This document shows, in pieces, positions 1 to 8,216 of a stretch of DNA of 26,521 nucleotides. The stretch comes from Verrucomicrobiota bacterium. GTDB taxonomy: Bacteria > Verrucomicrobiota > Kiritimatiellia > JAAZAB01. The DNA lies in assembly GCA_018896395.1 (NCBI GenBank), contig JAHIMN010000105.1, positions 1-26,521 on the forward strand, written 5' to 3'. A program made the translations under genes and the position numbers. Numbering within the stretch: position 1 is the stretch's first letter; every line of letters begins with the position of its first letter. Under the pieces are notes generated by a model. The model saw only the letters and a list, made by a program, of their open reading frames with translations, searched no databases and had not been told where the DNA came from.

Positions 1-827
1 AAGACGGCCGCCCCCTGGTCTTCGCCGATTTCCAGAAAGAACACACCGCCGGGCTTAAGCGCCTGCAATGCCTGGGCCATGAGCCGCCGGATGATCGCCA
101 GGCCGTCGGGACCGCCCACCAGAGCGGCGCGGGGCTCAAAATCACGCACACTCCGCTCCAGCTGTGTCCAGTCCGTCGCGCGTATATAGGGCGGATTGGA
201 CACCATGGCATCTAGGCTTGCAAAGGTCGCTGGACCCGCTGTTACAACATTCCAACATTCTGCAGAATGTTGGAATGTTGTTTTAGGCGTTGCGGCCGAC
301 AACAGATCGCAGGCAATGAAACGAATGCGTGGCAAAACCCCGTGCCGCGCCGCATTTTCCCGCGCCAGCGCCAGGGCCGCCGCGCTGGTATCGGTGGCCA
401 GGTAACGGCCCTCCGGTCGTTCCAACGCCAGCGAAATAACAATACATCCACTGCCGGCACCAACATCCGCGATGGCTGGCGCTTTGTTTTGCCATAGTGG
501 CGCTTCCTCCAGCATCCAAGCCGTTAGTTGCTCCGTTTCCGGCCGTGGTATCAAAGCCCGGCGGTCGCAGATAAACACGCGGCCCATGAACTCCGCCTCG
601 CCCATGATGTATTGCAGGGGTTCGCCCGTGGCCAGGCGCGCCGCGCCCTCTTCAATCTGCCGAACCTGGGATTCGGAGAGGCTTTGGTCTTTCCGCGCCG
701 ATAGCTCCAGCCGGGGACAACCTAAGATGCGACTCGTCAGCCACTCGCATTTAAGTCGCGCCTCGTCCGGGTCTGAGGTTTGCACGCGGGCGGTAACGGT
801 GTCGAGGATGGCGCCGAGGGCAGGCAT
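1..827 (-). CDS. prmC: Release factor glutamine methyltransferase (HemK/PrmC), 3' end runs off the window
   Basis: Not in the ORF track (no stop in window). Manual translation from ATG at 827 gives GEPLQYIMG, LIPRPETE, DVGAGSG (SAM motif), VSNPPY and FEPRAALVGGPDGL. Lies directly downstream of prfA. Confidence 0.95.
   Translation of the reverse strand, partial: MPALGAILDTVTARVQTSDPDEARLKCEWLTSRILGCPRLELSARKDQSLSESQVRQIEEGAARLATGEPLQYIMGEAEFMGRVFICDRRALIPRPETEQLTAWMLEEAPLWQNKAPAIADVGAGSGCIVISLALERPEGRYLATDTSAAALALARENAARHGVLPRIRFIACDLLSAATPKTTFQHSAECWNVVTAGPATFASLDAMVSNPPYIRATDWTQLERSVRDFEPRAALVGGPDGLAIIRRLMAQALQALKPGGVFFLEIGEDQGAAV
244..281. repeat. 38-bp perfect palindrome built from two CAACATTC octamers and their inverse, in frame within prmC
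   Basis: ACAACATTCCAACATTCTGCAGAATGTTGGAATGTTGT checked base by base as self-complementary. Confidence 0.95.
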
Positions 828-835
828 GTTGCAAC

Positions 836-1933
836 CTACATTTCCAGCAACTGGTCTAATGAAAGGGTGGTTTGGGCGGCGTGGTTGTGTTCGCAAAGCG
901 CCAGCAACAGGGCGGCCAGCTCGCCTTCCATGACCTTTTCCAGGTTGTGCGAGGTGAAATGAATGCGGTGATCGGTAAGGCGGTTTTGCGGAAAATTGTA
1001 GGTGCGAATGCGCTCGCTGCGGTCCCCACTGCCGATCTGTGAGCGACGCGACTCTCCCGCCTGGTCTTCCGCTTCCCGCCGCTTCAGCTCCAGCAGGTGC
1101 GAGCGCAGGACGCGCATGACCTTCGCCCGGTTCTTGTGCTGGGAGCGCTCCTCCTGGCTGGCCACCACCAGGCCGGTGGGCAGGTGGGTGATGCGCACGG
1201 CGGAATCGGTTTTGTTGACGTGCTGGCCGCCGGCGCCGGAGGCGCGATACACGTCAACGCGCAGGTCTTCCGGCTTGATCTCAATCGCATCCACGTCCTC
1301 GGCCTCGGGCAGAACGGCCACCGTGGCGGTGGACGTGTGAATGCGCCCGGACCCTTCCGTGACGGGGACACGCTGGACGCGGTGGGTGCCGCCCTCGAAC
1401 TGCATGGCGCGGAATACGTTCTCGCCCTGGATTGAAAATACAATTTCCTTGTACCCGCCGATCCCGGAGGTGCTGGCGTCGATGAGTTCGGTCTTCCAGC
1501 CATTATTTTCCGCATAGCGCATATACATGCGCGCCAGGTCCCCGGCAAAGAGCGCCGCTTCGTCGCCGCCCGTGCCGGCGCGGATTTCCATGATTGCGTT
1601 GCGCTCGTCATTGGGATTGGGCCTCTGGAGTTCGATCAGCAGAATCCGTTCGGCTTCCGGCCGGGCTTTTTCAGCCTTCGCGAGTTCCTCTTTCGCCAGG
1701 GCTTTGAGCTCGGGGTCGGTGCTGTCCAGGGCGATCAATTCATGGTGTTCGCGGATATCCTTCTGCAGGCGCGCCAGAATGTTGGCCTGTGCCAGGATTT
1801 TTTTCAGACGCGCGTGGGATTTCAGCAGATCGCGTAATTTCCGCGGGTTCGCGACGGCGGCCGAGGCCAATTGCGCCTCGCGCTCGGCGACCCGGGCGCT
1901 CAGAGCTTCGAGGAATGCGGGGGCGATGTCCAT
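836..1933 (-). CDS. prfA: Peptide chain release factor 1
   Basis: GAGGQHVN (GGQ), [14 protein letters not shown] (PxT motif of RF1), [20 protein letters not shown]; rpmE-prfA-prmC synteny. Confidence 0.97.
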   Translation of the reverse strand: MDIAPAFLEALSARVAEREAQLASAAVANPRKLRDLLKSHARLKKILAQANILARLQKDIREHHELIALDSTDPELKALAKEELAKAEKARPEAERILLIELQRPNPNDERNAIMEIRAGTGGDEAALFAGDLARMYMRYAENNGWKTELIDASTSGIGGYKEIVFSIQGENVFRAMQFEGGTHRVQRVPVTEGSGRIHTSTATVAVLPEAEDVDAIEIKPEDLRVDVYRASGAGGQHVNKTDSAVRITHLPTGLVVASQEERSQHKNRAKVMRVLRSHLLELKRREAEDQAGESRRSQIGSGDRSERIRTYNFPQNRLTDHRIHFTSHNLEKVMEGELAALLLALCEHNHAAQTTLSLDQLLEM

Positions 1934-1946
1934 GGCTGATTCAAGA

Positions 1947-1974
1947 AATGGTCAATGGTTCATGGTTGATGGCT
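1947..1974. repeat. Solo heptamer array (AATGGTC AATGGTT CATGGTT GATGGCT)
   Basis: Four 7-nt units; 25/28 identical to 22437-22464. Confidence 0.85.
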
Positions 1975-2001
1975 TAAAACAAATCCTGAGTTTTGTTCAC
2001 A

Positions 2002-2060
2002 AACCATCCCGCCGTAGTTTCTTGGGCTAAGCGAAAGTCTCCAGGCAAAGCGGGATGGTT
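2002..2060. repeat. Long hairpin (11-bp perfect outer stem AACCATCCCGC/GCGGGATGGTT plus imperfect inner stem)
   Basis: Arms at 2002-2012 and 2050-2060; inner TTTCTTGGG can pair with TCCAGGCAAA using G-U pairs and a bulge. Confidence 0.7.
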
Positions 2061-2074
2061 GGCGGGCGATACGC

Positions 2075-2114
2075 AAAAAGGGCCAGGCGGTAAAAACACT
2101 CCCGCCCTGGCCCT
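2075..2114 (-). terminator. Intrinsic terminator after rpmE
   Basis: GC-rich stem AGGGCCAGG(G)CGG / CCGCCTGGCCCT followed by a T-run on the minus strand, 15 nt after the rpmE stop. Confidence 0.75.
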
Positions 2115-2129
2115 GTTAACGCTCCGCCG

Positions 2130-2330
2130 CTATTTCTTGCCATAGCGCTTTTTGAACTGCTCCACGCGCCCGGCCGCATCCACATATTTTGCTGTGCCTG
2201 TATAGAAGGGATGGCAGGCGGAACAGCTGTTGATCTGCATGTCCTTCACGGTCGAACGGGTATGAACCACGTTCCCGCAAATGCATGTAATCGTCGTGTC
2301 TTGATATTTCGGATGGATTTTTTCTTTCAT
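2130..2330 (-). CDS. rpmE: 50S ribosomal protein L31, zinc-binding (C+) type
   Basis: MKEKIHPKY, CxCG, CSACHPFYTG, GRVEQFKKRY; upstream SD-like GGAG/GAGG. Confidence 0.97.
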   Translation of the reverse strand: MKEKIHPKYQDTTITCICGNVVHTRSTVKDMQINSCSACHPFYTGTAKYVDAAGRVEQFKKRYGKK

Positions 2331-2491
2331 GCCTCATCCTCTCCGGTGCTTGCTTCAAGCGCAAGGGCGACCAGTGCCAAAAACGACATAACTAATCACA
2401 GCGTTGCCCTGAATGCAAGTACTTTTTTTATAAAAACGTAAGCCCTAACCTGAAAATTACCGCCGTGCCTAAAATGGGCCCAGAATGGGCA

Positions 2492-2520
2492 TTGCCAAAA
2501 CGAATCGTTTCGGGTAGTTT
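2492..2520 (+). promoter_or_regulatory. Putative sigma70 promoter for the TPR gene
   Basis: TTGCCA-N17-TAGTTT; the -35 lies in a 15-mer shared with 8126-8140. Confidence 0.45.
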
Positions 2521-2593
2521 CATGCCATAGGCAGACCCGCCTAAGGCGGGAAATCTTGTTTACCACCAGCAATGAGCGAAGGGAGGAAAGATT

Positions 2594-4135
2594 ATGGCAG
2601 GCGGCAGACTCGGACAAGGATTAACCATTGCGCTATGTGCCGCACTGCTGTTCGCCGGCTGTCGGGAGAACCCGACCCAGAAAGCCTACCGGCAAGGCGT
2701 GCAGGCGCTCCAGCGGGGACAATACACCCAGAGCATCCGCCTGTTGCAGAAGAGCGCCAAGCTCGGCGGCACGAATGCGCCCGTGGCCGCCATTCATAAT
2801 GGCCTGGGTCTTGCTTATTACCGTATCGGCCAGCCGGAAAATGCCTTGGGTGCTTTTGAGTTGAGCACCCGGCTGGATCCTGAATTCGCGGAACCGGTCT
2901 ATAACACCGGCGTCATTATGGCTGAATCCGGGCGTGAAACTCAAGCGGTGGCCTGCTTTGAGAAGGCGGCGCAGTTGGATCCCTCCGGTACGCGCTCGCT
3001 CGAATATCTTGGCCGGATTTTCTACCGGAATCAGCGCTGGGATAATGCCCGTAAGGCCCTGAACGAGGCGCGTCAGCGCGCGCCCCGCGAACCCCGTATC
3101 CTGACCGCCATGGCGCTCCTGGAACTTCAGGTCACCAACATGGTGCTGGCCATTTCCTGCCTGCAGGAAGCGCTGGAGCATGATGCCGGTTACGCCCCGG
3201 CGCTTTATAATCTGGCCATTGTGAATCACCTCTGGCTGAAAAACGACAGTCAGGCGGTGCCGTTGTTCAAGGATTACCTGCGTCTGGCCCCGAAAGGGGA
3301 GGGTGCTGAAAAAGCCTCCCAGGTACTCCAGGACATTAATAAACTGTCGTCAGCCGCGGCCGCCGAGGAAACTCCCGGCGTTGTGCCGCCGGTCACAAAG
3401 GCGCCCGTCTCTTCCGTTTTGCCTGTGAGCGTGACTGCCAAGAAAACCGGGCAACAACAGCCGGCGTCGCCCCTTGTCGTGGCCAAGGTCCCGCTTGTTT
3501 CTGCCTCCCCGTCCTGCGAGGAATTATTAAGGGTTGCCCGGAAGCTGGAACAGCAGGGACGCCTTGAAGCCGCCATCAACAATTATCTGCTTGCAGCGCG
3601 CGAAGCCGAACGTGTGGGCAAACCTTCGGTTCGGGATCAGGCCGAGAAGGAAGCCAACGGACTCTGCGCGCAGAATGCCCGCGCCCATTACGAAGTGGGC
3701 CTGTATTGGGATTGGCGCGGCCAGCCGGATGAAGCCCTGGCCCATTTGAAGCAGGCCGCGGAGTTAAGCAATACCTGGTATGAGGCGCACTTTGCGGTGG
3801 CCCGGGTGGCTGTAGATAAAAACGAGTTTGATACGGCGTTGATTTCGTTGAAAAAGGCGGACCAGAGCCGTCCCGACCGGCCCGAAGCATTATGGATGCT
3901 GGCCCAGCTGTATGACCGTAATCTCGGCTTGACCAACCAGGCGATCCAAGCTTATGAACTGTTTGAACAACGGTTCGGCGGCGATGGACGGGCCCAGGAA
4001 GGGCGCGGGCGGCTGAAAGCACTGAAGGGCGGTATAGCGGAGAACGTGCACCCATCCGCTCCCGCTAAAACCGACACGCAGACCCGCTGGCGGTGGCTGT
4101 TCAAGTCGCGGTCGCAAAAAAATCCGGAAAACTGA
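2594..4135 (+). CDS. Tetratricopeptide-repeat lipoprotein (two TPR blocks joined by a Pro/Val/Ser-rich linker)
   Basis: Signal peptide ending in lipobox-like FAGC; TPR-type helices (e.g. IHNGLGLAYYRIGQPENALGAFELSTRLDPE); SD GGAGG. Confidence 0.85.
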   Translation: MAGGRLGQGLTIALCAALLFAGCRENPTQKAYRQGVQALQRGQYTQSIRLLQKSAKLGGTNAPVAAIHNGLGLAYYRIGQPENALGAFELSTRLDPEFAEPVYNTGVIMAESGRETQAVACFEKAAQLDPSGTRSLEYLGRIFYRNQRWDNARKALNEARQRAPREPRILTAMALLELQVTNMVLAISCLQEALEHDAGYAPALYNLAIVNHLWLKNDSQAVPLFKDYLRLAPKGEGAEKASQVLQDINKLSSAAAAEETPGVVPPVTKAPVSSVLPVSVTAKKTGQQQPASPLVVAKVPLVSASPSCEELLRVARKLEQQGRLEAAINNYLLAAREAERVGKPSVRDQAEKEANGLCAQNARAHYEVGLYWDWRGQPDEALAHLKQAAELSNTWYEAHFAVARVAVDKNEFDTALISLKKADQSRPDRPEALWMLAQLYDRNLGLTNQAIQAYELFEQRFGGDGRAQEGRGRLKALKGGIAENVHPSAPAKTDTQTRWRWLFKSRSQKNPEN

Positions 4136-4157
4136 GACCGGAACGTGTAGCCCAAAA

Positions 4158-4181
4158 ATCCGCGCGTAACAAAGCGCGGAT
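4158..4181. terminator. Hairpin after the TPR gene (possible terminator)
   Basis: ATCCGCGC-N8-GCGCGGAT; no U-tract on the plus strand, so function is uncertain. Confidence 0.35.
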
Positions 4182-4206
4182 CAGGAATGGCTTTGCCCTA
4201 ACCCGG

Positions 4207-4233
4207 ATATTTCACGCTTGGCGTGAAATATGC
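4207..4233 (+). promoter_or_regulatory. Perfect 11-bp inverted repeat overlapping a sigma54-like -24/-12 promoter
   Basis: ATATTTCACGC-TTG-GCGTGAAATAT (4207-4231); TTGGCGTGAAATATGC has GG-N10-GC spacing (GG 4220-21, GC 4232-33). Confidence 0.45.
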
Positions 4234-4262
4234 GGGCTAATAAGAAAATAGTAGTTACCGCC

Positions 4263-5567
4263 ATGGCGAAGATTCTCCTCGTTGACGATGAAGTCCATTT
4301 GCTGAAAGCAATGGATATGTTTCTGCGTAGCCGGAAGCACGACGTGATGCCGATTTCGGATGGCCGCGAGGCGGAACGCCTGATCCGGTCAAGCCCCTAT
4401 GACCTGATTATTTCCGATATCCGTATGACGCCCGTGGACGGACTCCAACTGTTGCGCATTGCCCGGGAATCCTGTCCGGAAACCCCCGTGATTCTGATCA
4501 CGGCTTATGCGACGCTGGATGTCGCGCTGGATGCCATCAGAGCCGGCGCGTTCGACTTTGTCACCAAGCCCTTCAAGACCGATAATTTCATGGCCACTGT
4601 CCGGCGCGCCCTGGATTACCCTCGCATCGTGGATGGCGCCATTCAGCTGGACCCGCCCGAACCTACTCCCCAGCGGTTCAATCCGCTGATTATCAAGAGC
4701 GTGGAAATGCAGGCGCTCTGCCAGCGCCTGGAACAATTCGCACCAACAGATGAAGCGGTCCTGATTCTGGGTGAGCGGGGTGCAGGCAAGCGCCAGGTGG
4801 CCCAAATTCTGCATGGGCTCAGCCGGCGCAAGGATTACCCGTTTGTTTCCGTGGATTGCTCGGCCGGGACGGCCGCCAACCTGATTACGCAGTTATGCGG
4901 GGCGGGTTCGCCGACGGCGGATTCGCCGTCGGAAAAAGACGGCGCCCTGGAGACCGCCAAAGGCGGCACGGTGGTTCTGGAATACATCGAAGAATTGCCG
5001 GCGGCTCTTCAGCCGTCAATTGTCTGCCTGATCAAGATGCGCGAATTCATGCGACCGGGCGACACGCAGGTTTACCAAGTGGATGTCCGCATCCTGGCCA
5101 CCAGCCGAGCGCTCCCGGTGATTCAACCCTCTGACGACCCGCAACACGTCGAATGGATTAAAATGCTCTCGGCCATTTCGCTTCCTGTCCCACCGCTGAG
5201 GGAACGGCGGGCCGACTTGTTGCCGTTGATCAGTCGCTGGGTCAATCAGCGGACGGCACCCGCTGGATCCAAGCCCTGGAAAATGACGGCCCAAGCCTTT
5301 GATGTGCTGGACCAGTATCCCTGGCCGGGCAACGTCGAAGAACTGGAACGGACCCTGTCCCAGGCCATGACGAAGGCCCGGGAACGACGGATTGACATTT
5401 CCGATCTGCCCCCCTCGTTGGTCGAGGCGGTTGCGCAGATCAAAACCATTTCCCAACAGCATCTCCAACGGAATGAACTGCGGGGCAAATCGTTCCGGGA
5501 CTATATCCGCCTCAAGCAGGAAGACTATCGCCCGTTATCCGGACCAAAGGCGGCAAGGATCTCATGA
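4263..5567 (+). CDS. NtrC-like response regulator (REC + degenerate AAA+ sigma54-activator domain, no evident HTH)
   Basis: Intact receiver (LLVDDE, ISDIRM, TAY, KPF); GERGAGK Walker A; PPLRERR; WPGNV. GAFTGA is absent. Start moved from 4230 to ATG 4263 (MAKILLVDD). Confidence 0.85.
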   Translation: MAKILLVDDEVHLLKAMDMFLRSRKHDVMPISDGREAERLIRSSPYDLIISDIRMTPVDGLQLLRIARESCPETPVILITAYATLDVALDAIRAGAFDFVTKPFKTDNFMATVRRALDYPRIVDGAIQLDPPEPTPQRFNPLIIKSVEMQALCQRLEQFAPTDEAVLILGERGAGKRQVAQILHGLSRRKDYPFVSVDCSAGTAANLITQLCGAGSPTADSPSEKDGALETAKGGTVVLEYIEELPAALQPSIVCLIKMREFMRPGDTQVYQVDVRILATSRALPVIQPSDDPQHVEWIKMLSAISLPVPPLRERRADLLPLISRWVNQRTAPAGSKPWKMTAQAFDVLDQYPWPGNVEELERTLSQAMTKARERRIDISDLPPSLVEAVAQIKTISQQHLQRNELRGKSFRDYIRLKQEDYRPLSGPKAARIS

Positions 5568-5914
5568 ACCAGCTTGATCAGGTGGGTCCATTGGAAGGGC
5601 TTGACGACATAACCTGCGGCGCCCAGATGCCGGGCCTTCTGGCGATCTTCCACGGTTGAGCGTGCCGTGAGAAAGACAATGGGAATGCGCTCCGTCACCG
5701 GATCCTGTCGCAATTGCTGGAACACCTCAAACCCATTGCGACCCGGCAGGCAGATATCGAGGAGAATCATGTCCGGTTTTTCTTCCCGGGCCCGTTCCAA
5801 GGCGCTGATGCCGTCTGTCACCCATGCGGTCTGATAACCTTCCGCCTTGAGCCTCATGACAAGGGCCTGGACCAGGTCCGATTCATCTTCGATAATGAAT
5901 ATTTTTGCGCTCAT
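5525..5914 (-). CDS. Single-domain response regulator
   Basis: IFIIEDE, ILLDICLPG, FLTA, VKPF; ATGA overlap with the kinase stop; overlaps the convergent NtrC-like gene by 43 bp. Confidence 0.92.
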   Translation of the reverse strand: MSAKIFIIEDESDLVQALVMRLKAEGYQTAWVTDGISALERAREEKPDMILLDICLPGRNGFEVFQQLRQDPVTERIPIVFLTARSTVEDRQKARHLGAAGYVVKPFQWTHLIKLVHEILAAFGPDNGR

Positions 5915-7962
5915 GGGTGCTTGGCAACCTTCGCCGACACGCTCGCCGGCTGAGAATCCAGGTTCAGTAGGCGCTTAACTTTCATGACGAATTCATCGAA
6001 ATCAAACGGCTTGCAAAGAGAATCGTCGCATCCCAATTGCATGATTTCATCAATATCGCCGCGATAGCCGGAAACAACCAGGAATTTGGTGGTGCGGTGC
6101 GGAAGACGCTTAGTCATCGAATCAAAGACGCGTTTTCCGTCAATATCGGGCAAATGGAGATCCAATACCACCAGGTCGGGGTTCCATTCGCCGAAATGGA
6201 TGCAGGCGTCGTAACCGCTTGTAGTGGACTTGAGGTCCAGTCCCGCGCCGGATTCGTGGAGCACCCGCACCATGAGATTCAGGATCGAGGCGTCGTCGTC
6301 CACGATCAGAACGCGCCGAGGAGTTGTTTCCACGGGACCGATCGGAAGCGGTTTCAGGAGCGCCAGGGCTTGCGCCAGCCACTCACGGGGCGCGCGCGCG
6401 CGCGTGGGCTCCAGGTAGGCCATGCGAATACCGTCCATGATCGCCTGCCGCTGTTTTCCAAAGGTTAGCTGGAGACGGGCGGCAACACCGTCCCGCGTCT
6501 GCTCGGTGCCGTCGAGCAGAACAATCAGTGCCTGGTTGGCTTCGAACAGAAACGTTTGTTCGGCGGTGCAATTCAGCGCTTCCATCGCCAAAGTCCGGAG
6601 ACGCTCGGCGGTCTCTTTGCTCGCCGGGTCGCCGCCGGGCACGGATGGCGCGGCAACTTGGAGGACCAGCATGGATAACTGCCGGTCGCGGACTTCCATG
6701 AATCGCATGCGATCGGTGATAAACGCGTCCAAATTCTTTTCCTCGGTATGGATGGGCAGAGTGAATAAAAAACGACTGCCCTTTTCCGGAATGCTCTCGA
6801 CCTGAATGATGCCTTCGTGAATGTCGATAATGTGCTTGCTGATCGCCAGGCCCAGCCCGGTGCCTTTGCTCCCGGTGTTGTCTTCCGTACGGGCGAGCTG
6901 GATGAAGGCCTCGAAAATCCGGCTTTGATCTTCCGGGCTGATACCCGTCCCGGTGTCCTCGATGTCTATCCGAATGGCATCGTTCTCCCGGTCGGCGCGC
7001 AGGGTAATAACGCCTTCTTCCGGCGTGAATTTGTTGGCGTTGCCCACCAGGTTGGTCAGCACCTGGGCAATCTTATCCCGATCGCAGAGCACATCCGGAA
7101 GCGTCTCGGGCATCTCCAGGTTAAACTGTTGATGGCGCAGAAGACATTGCGGGATGAAATCATGATGACACTGTTTCAGCAGATCGGTGAGGTTCACGCG
7201 CCCGCGATGGAACTCTTCCCGCCCGGACTCAATCCGTCCCAGGTCGAGGACATCATCAATCAGCCCGGCCAGTCGTTCGCAATTCCGGAGGACGGTCTCC
7301 AGGCATTCCTTCTGCTGATCGGATACCGCTCCGGCGACGCCGTCATTAACCAGCGCGACAAACGTATTGATGATGGTCAGCGGTGTGCGTAATTCGTGTG
7401 ACACGTTAGCCACGAAGCGGGATTTGGATAAATCCATTTCCTTCAACCGGGTGACCGTCTGTTGCAGCGCCTCTTCCGCCTTTTTCCGCTTCGTGATATT
7501 GCGAACAAAAAAGCAGAGATGCCCTTCCGGGGTCAGGACCAGCCGGTTGGTGGCGATTTCGGCCGGGAACGTCGTGCGGTCTTTCCGGATACACGAGGCT
7601 TCGATCAGCGTGTAGCGGCGCTGTTCAATGTTCCGGCGGAGCGTCGCCAGCAGGACCTCATTGGCGCCGGCAATGATGTTGATGATGTTGAGCCGGCTGA
7701 GCTCGTCCTTGGTATAAAGCAGGAAATCCATGGCACGTTCATTGACGTCCATGATCCGGCCGGCGGCATCGGTGATCAGCACGCCGTCGTAAAGGCTCTG
7801 AAGCAGTTCATGGTAGGGCACCGCGTCCGCGGATTCATCCAAGGGCGCCGGCCCCTTTTTCTTCACAATAACCCGTGGGACTTTTGGCACTACGGCAGTT
7901 CCGGATTCCTCGAACGGAATCGCGATCCGGACGGTTCTGGCAAAAGATTCATCTCCAGACAT
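5911..7962 (-). CDS. Hybrid sensor histidine kinase (PAS-HisKA-HATPase-degenerate GGDEF-like-REC), cytoplasmic
   Basis: PAS (YDGVLITDAAGRIMDVN), H-box SHELRTPL, N-box NLVGNANKF, DTGTGI, GTGLGL, C-terminal REC. Start placed at ATG 7962, which has SD GGGAGG. Confidence 0.92.
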   Translation of the reverse strand: MSGDESFARTVRIAIPFEESGTAVVPKVPRVIVKKKGPAPLDESADAVPYHELLQSLYDGVLITDAAGRIMDVNERAMDFLLYTKDELSRLNIINIIAGANEVLLATLRRNIEQRRYTLIEASCIRKDRTTFPAEIATNRLVLTPEGHLCFFVRNITKRKKAEEALQQTVTRLKEMDLSKSRFVANVSHELRTPLTIINTFVALVNDGVAGAVSDQQKECLETVLRNCERLAGLIDDVLDLGRIESGREEFHRGRVNLTDLLKQCHHDFIPQCLLRHQQFNLEMPETLPDVLCDRDKIAQVLTNLVGNANKFTPEEGVITLRADRENDAIRIDIEDTGTGISPEDQSRIFEAFIQLARTEDNTGSKGTGLGLAISKHIIDIHEGIIQVESIPEKGSRFLFTLPIHTEEKNLDAFITDRMRFMEVRDRQLSMLVLQVAAPSVPGGDPASKETAERLRTLAMEALNCTAEQTFLFEANQALIVLLDGTEQTRDGVAARLQLTFGKQRQAIMDGIRMAYLEPTRARAPREWLAQALALLKPLPIGPVETTPRRVLIVDDDASILNLMVRVLHESGAGLDLKSTTSGYDACIHFGEWNPDLVVLDLHLPDIDGKRVFDSMTKRLPHRTTKFLVVSGYRGDIDEIMQLGCDDSLCKPFDFDEFVMKVKRLLNLDSQPASVSAKVAKHP

Positions 7963-8133
7963 AACTGCCTCCCTGCCCGCAATGCTGCGCACCCGCCTGC
8001 AACGCTGTAGCACTGCGGGCAGGTAGCTCTGCAGGCGGGCCGCGTTAAATTGGCTTTCTGTCAAAGGACAGCAAATATGATTGTTGCCATAACAGGTGGA
8101 TTGTCAATCTGTTTCTGAGGCGCGAAATGGGCA

Positions 8134-8162
8134 TTGCCAAGCCTCTGCAAATCTGGTAAATA
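8134..8162 (+). promoter_or_regulatory. Putative sigma70 promoter for cvpA-dnaG
   Basis: TTGCCA-N17-TAAATA with an extended TG; shares AATGGGCATTGCCAA with 2484-2498. Confidence 0.4.
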
Positions 8163-8216
8163 ATTTCCGTTTCGTATGGGAATTGAATTTCATAGCCTGA
8201 CTTGGAACTTTTAGCC

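Noticed and set aside
1995-2085. c-di-GMP-I riboswitch-like words (AAACC...GAAA...ACGCAAA)
   Set aside because: Spacing and the GGCAAA/GACGCAAAGC consensus do not fit, and it would be antisense to the flanking genes.
2130-2330. Zinc-binding L31 as a zinc-regulation signal
   Set aside because: This is the ordinary C+ form, and no C- paralogue or Zur box was seen.
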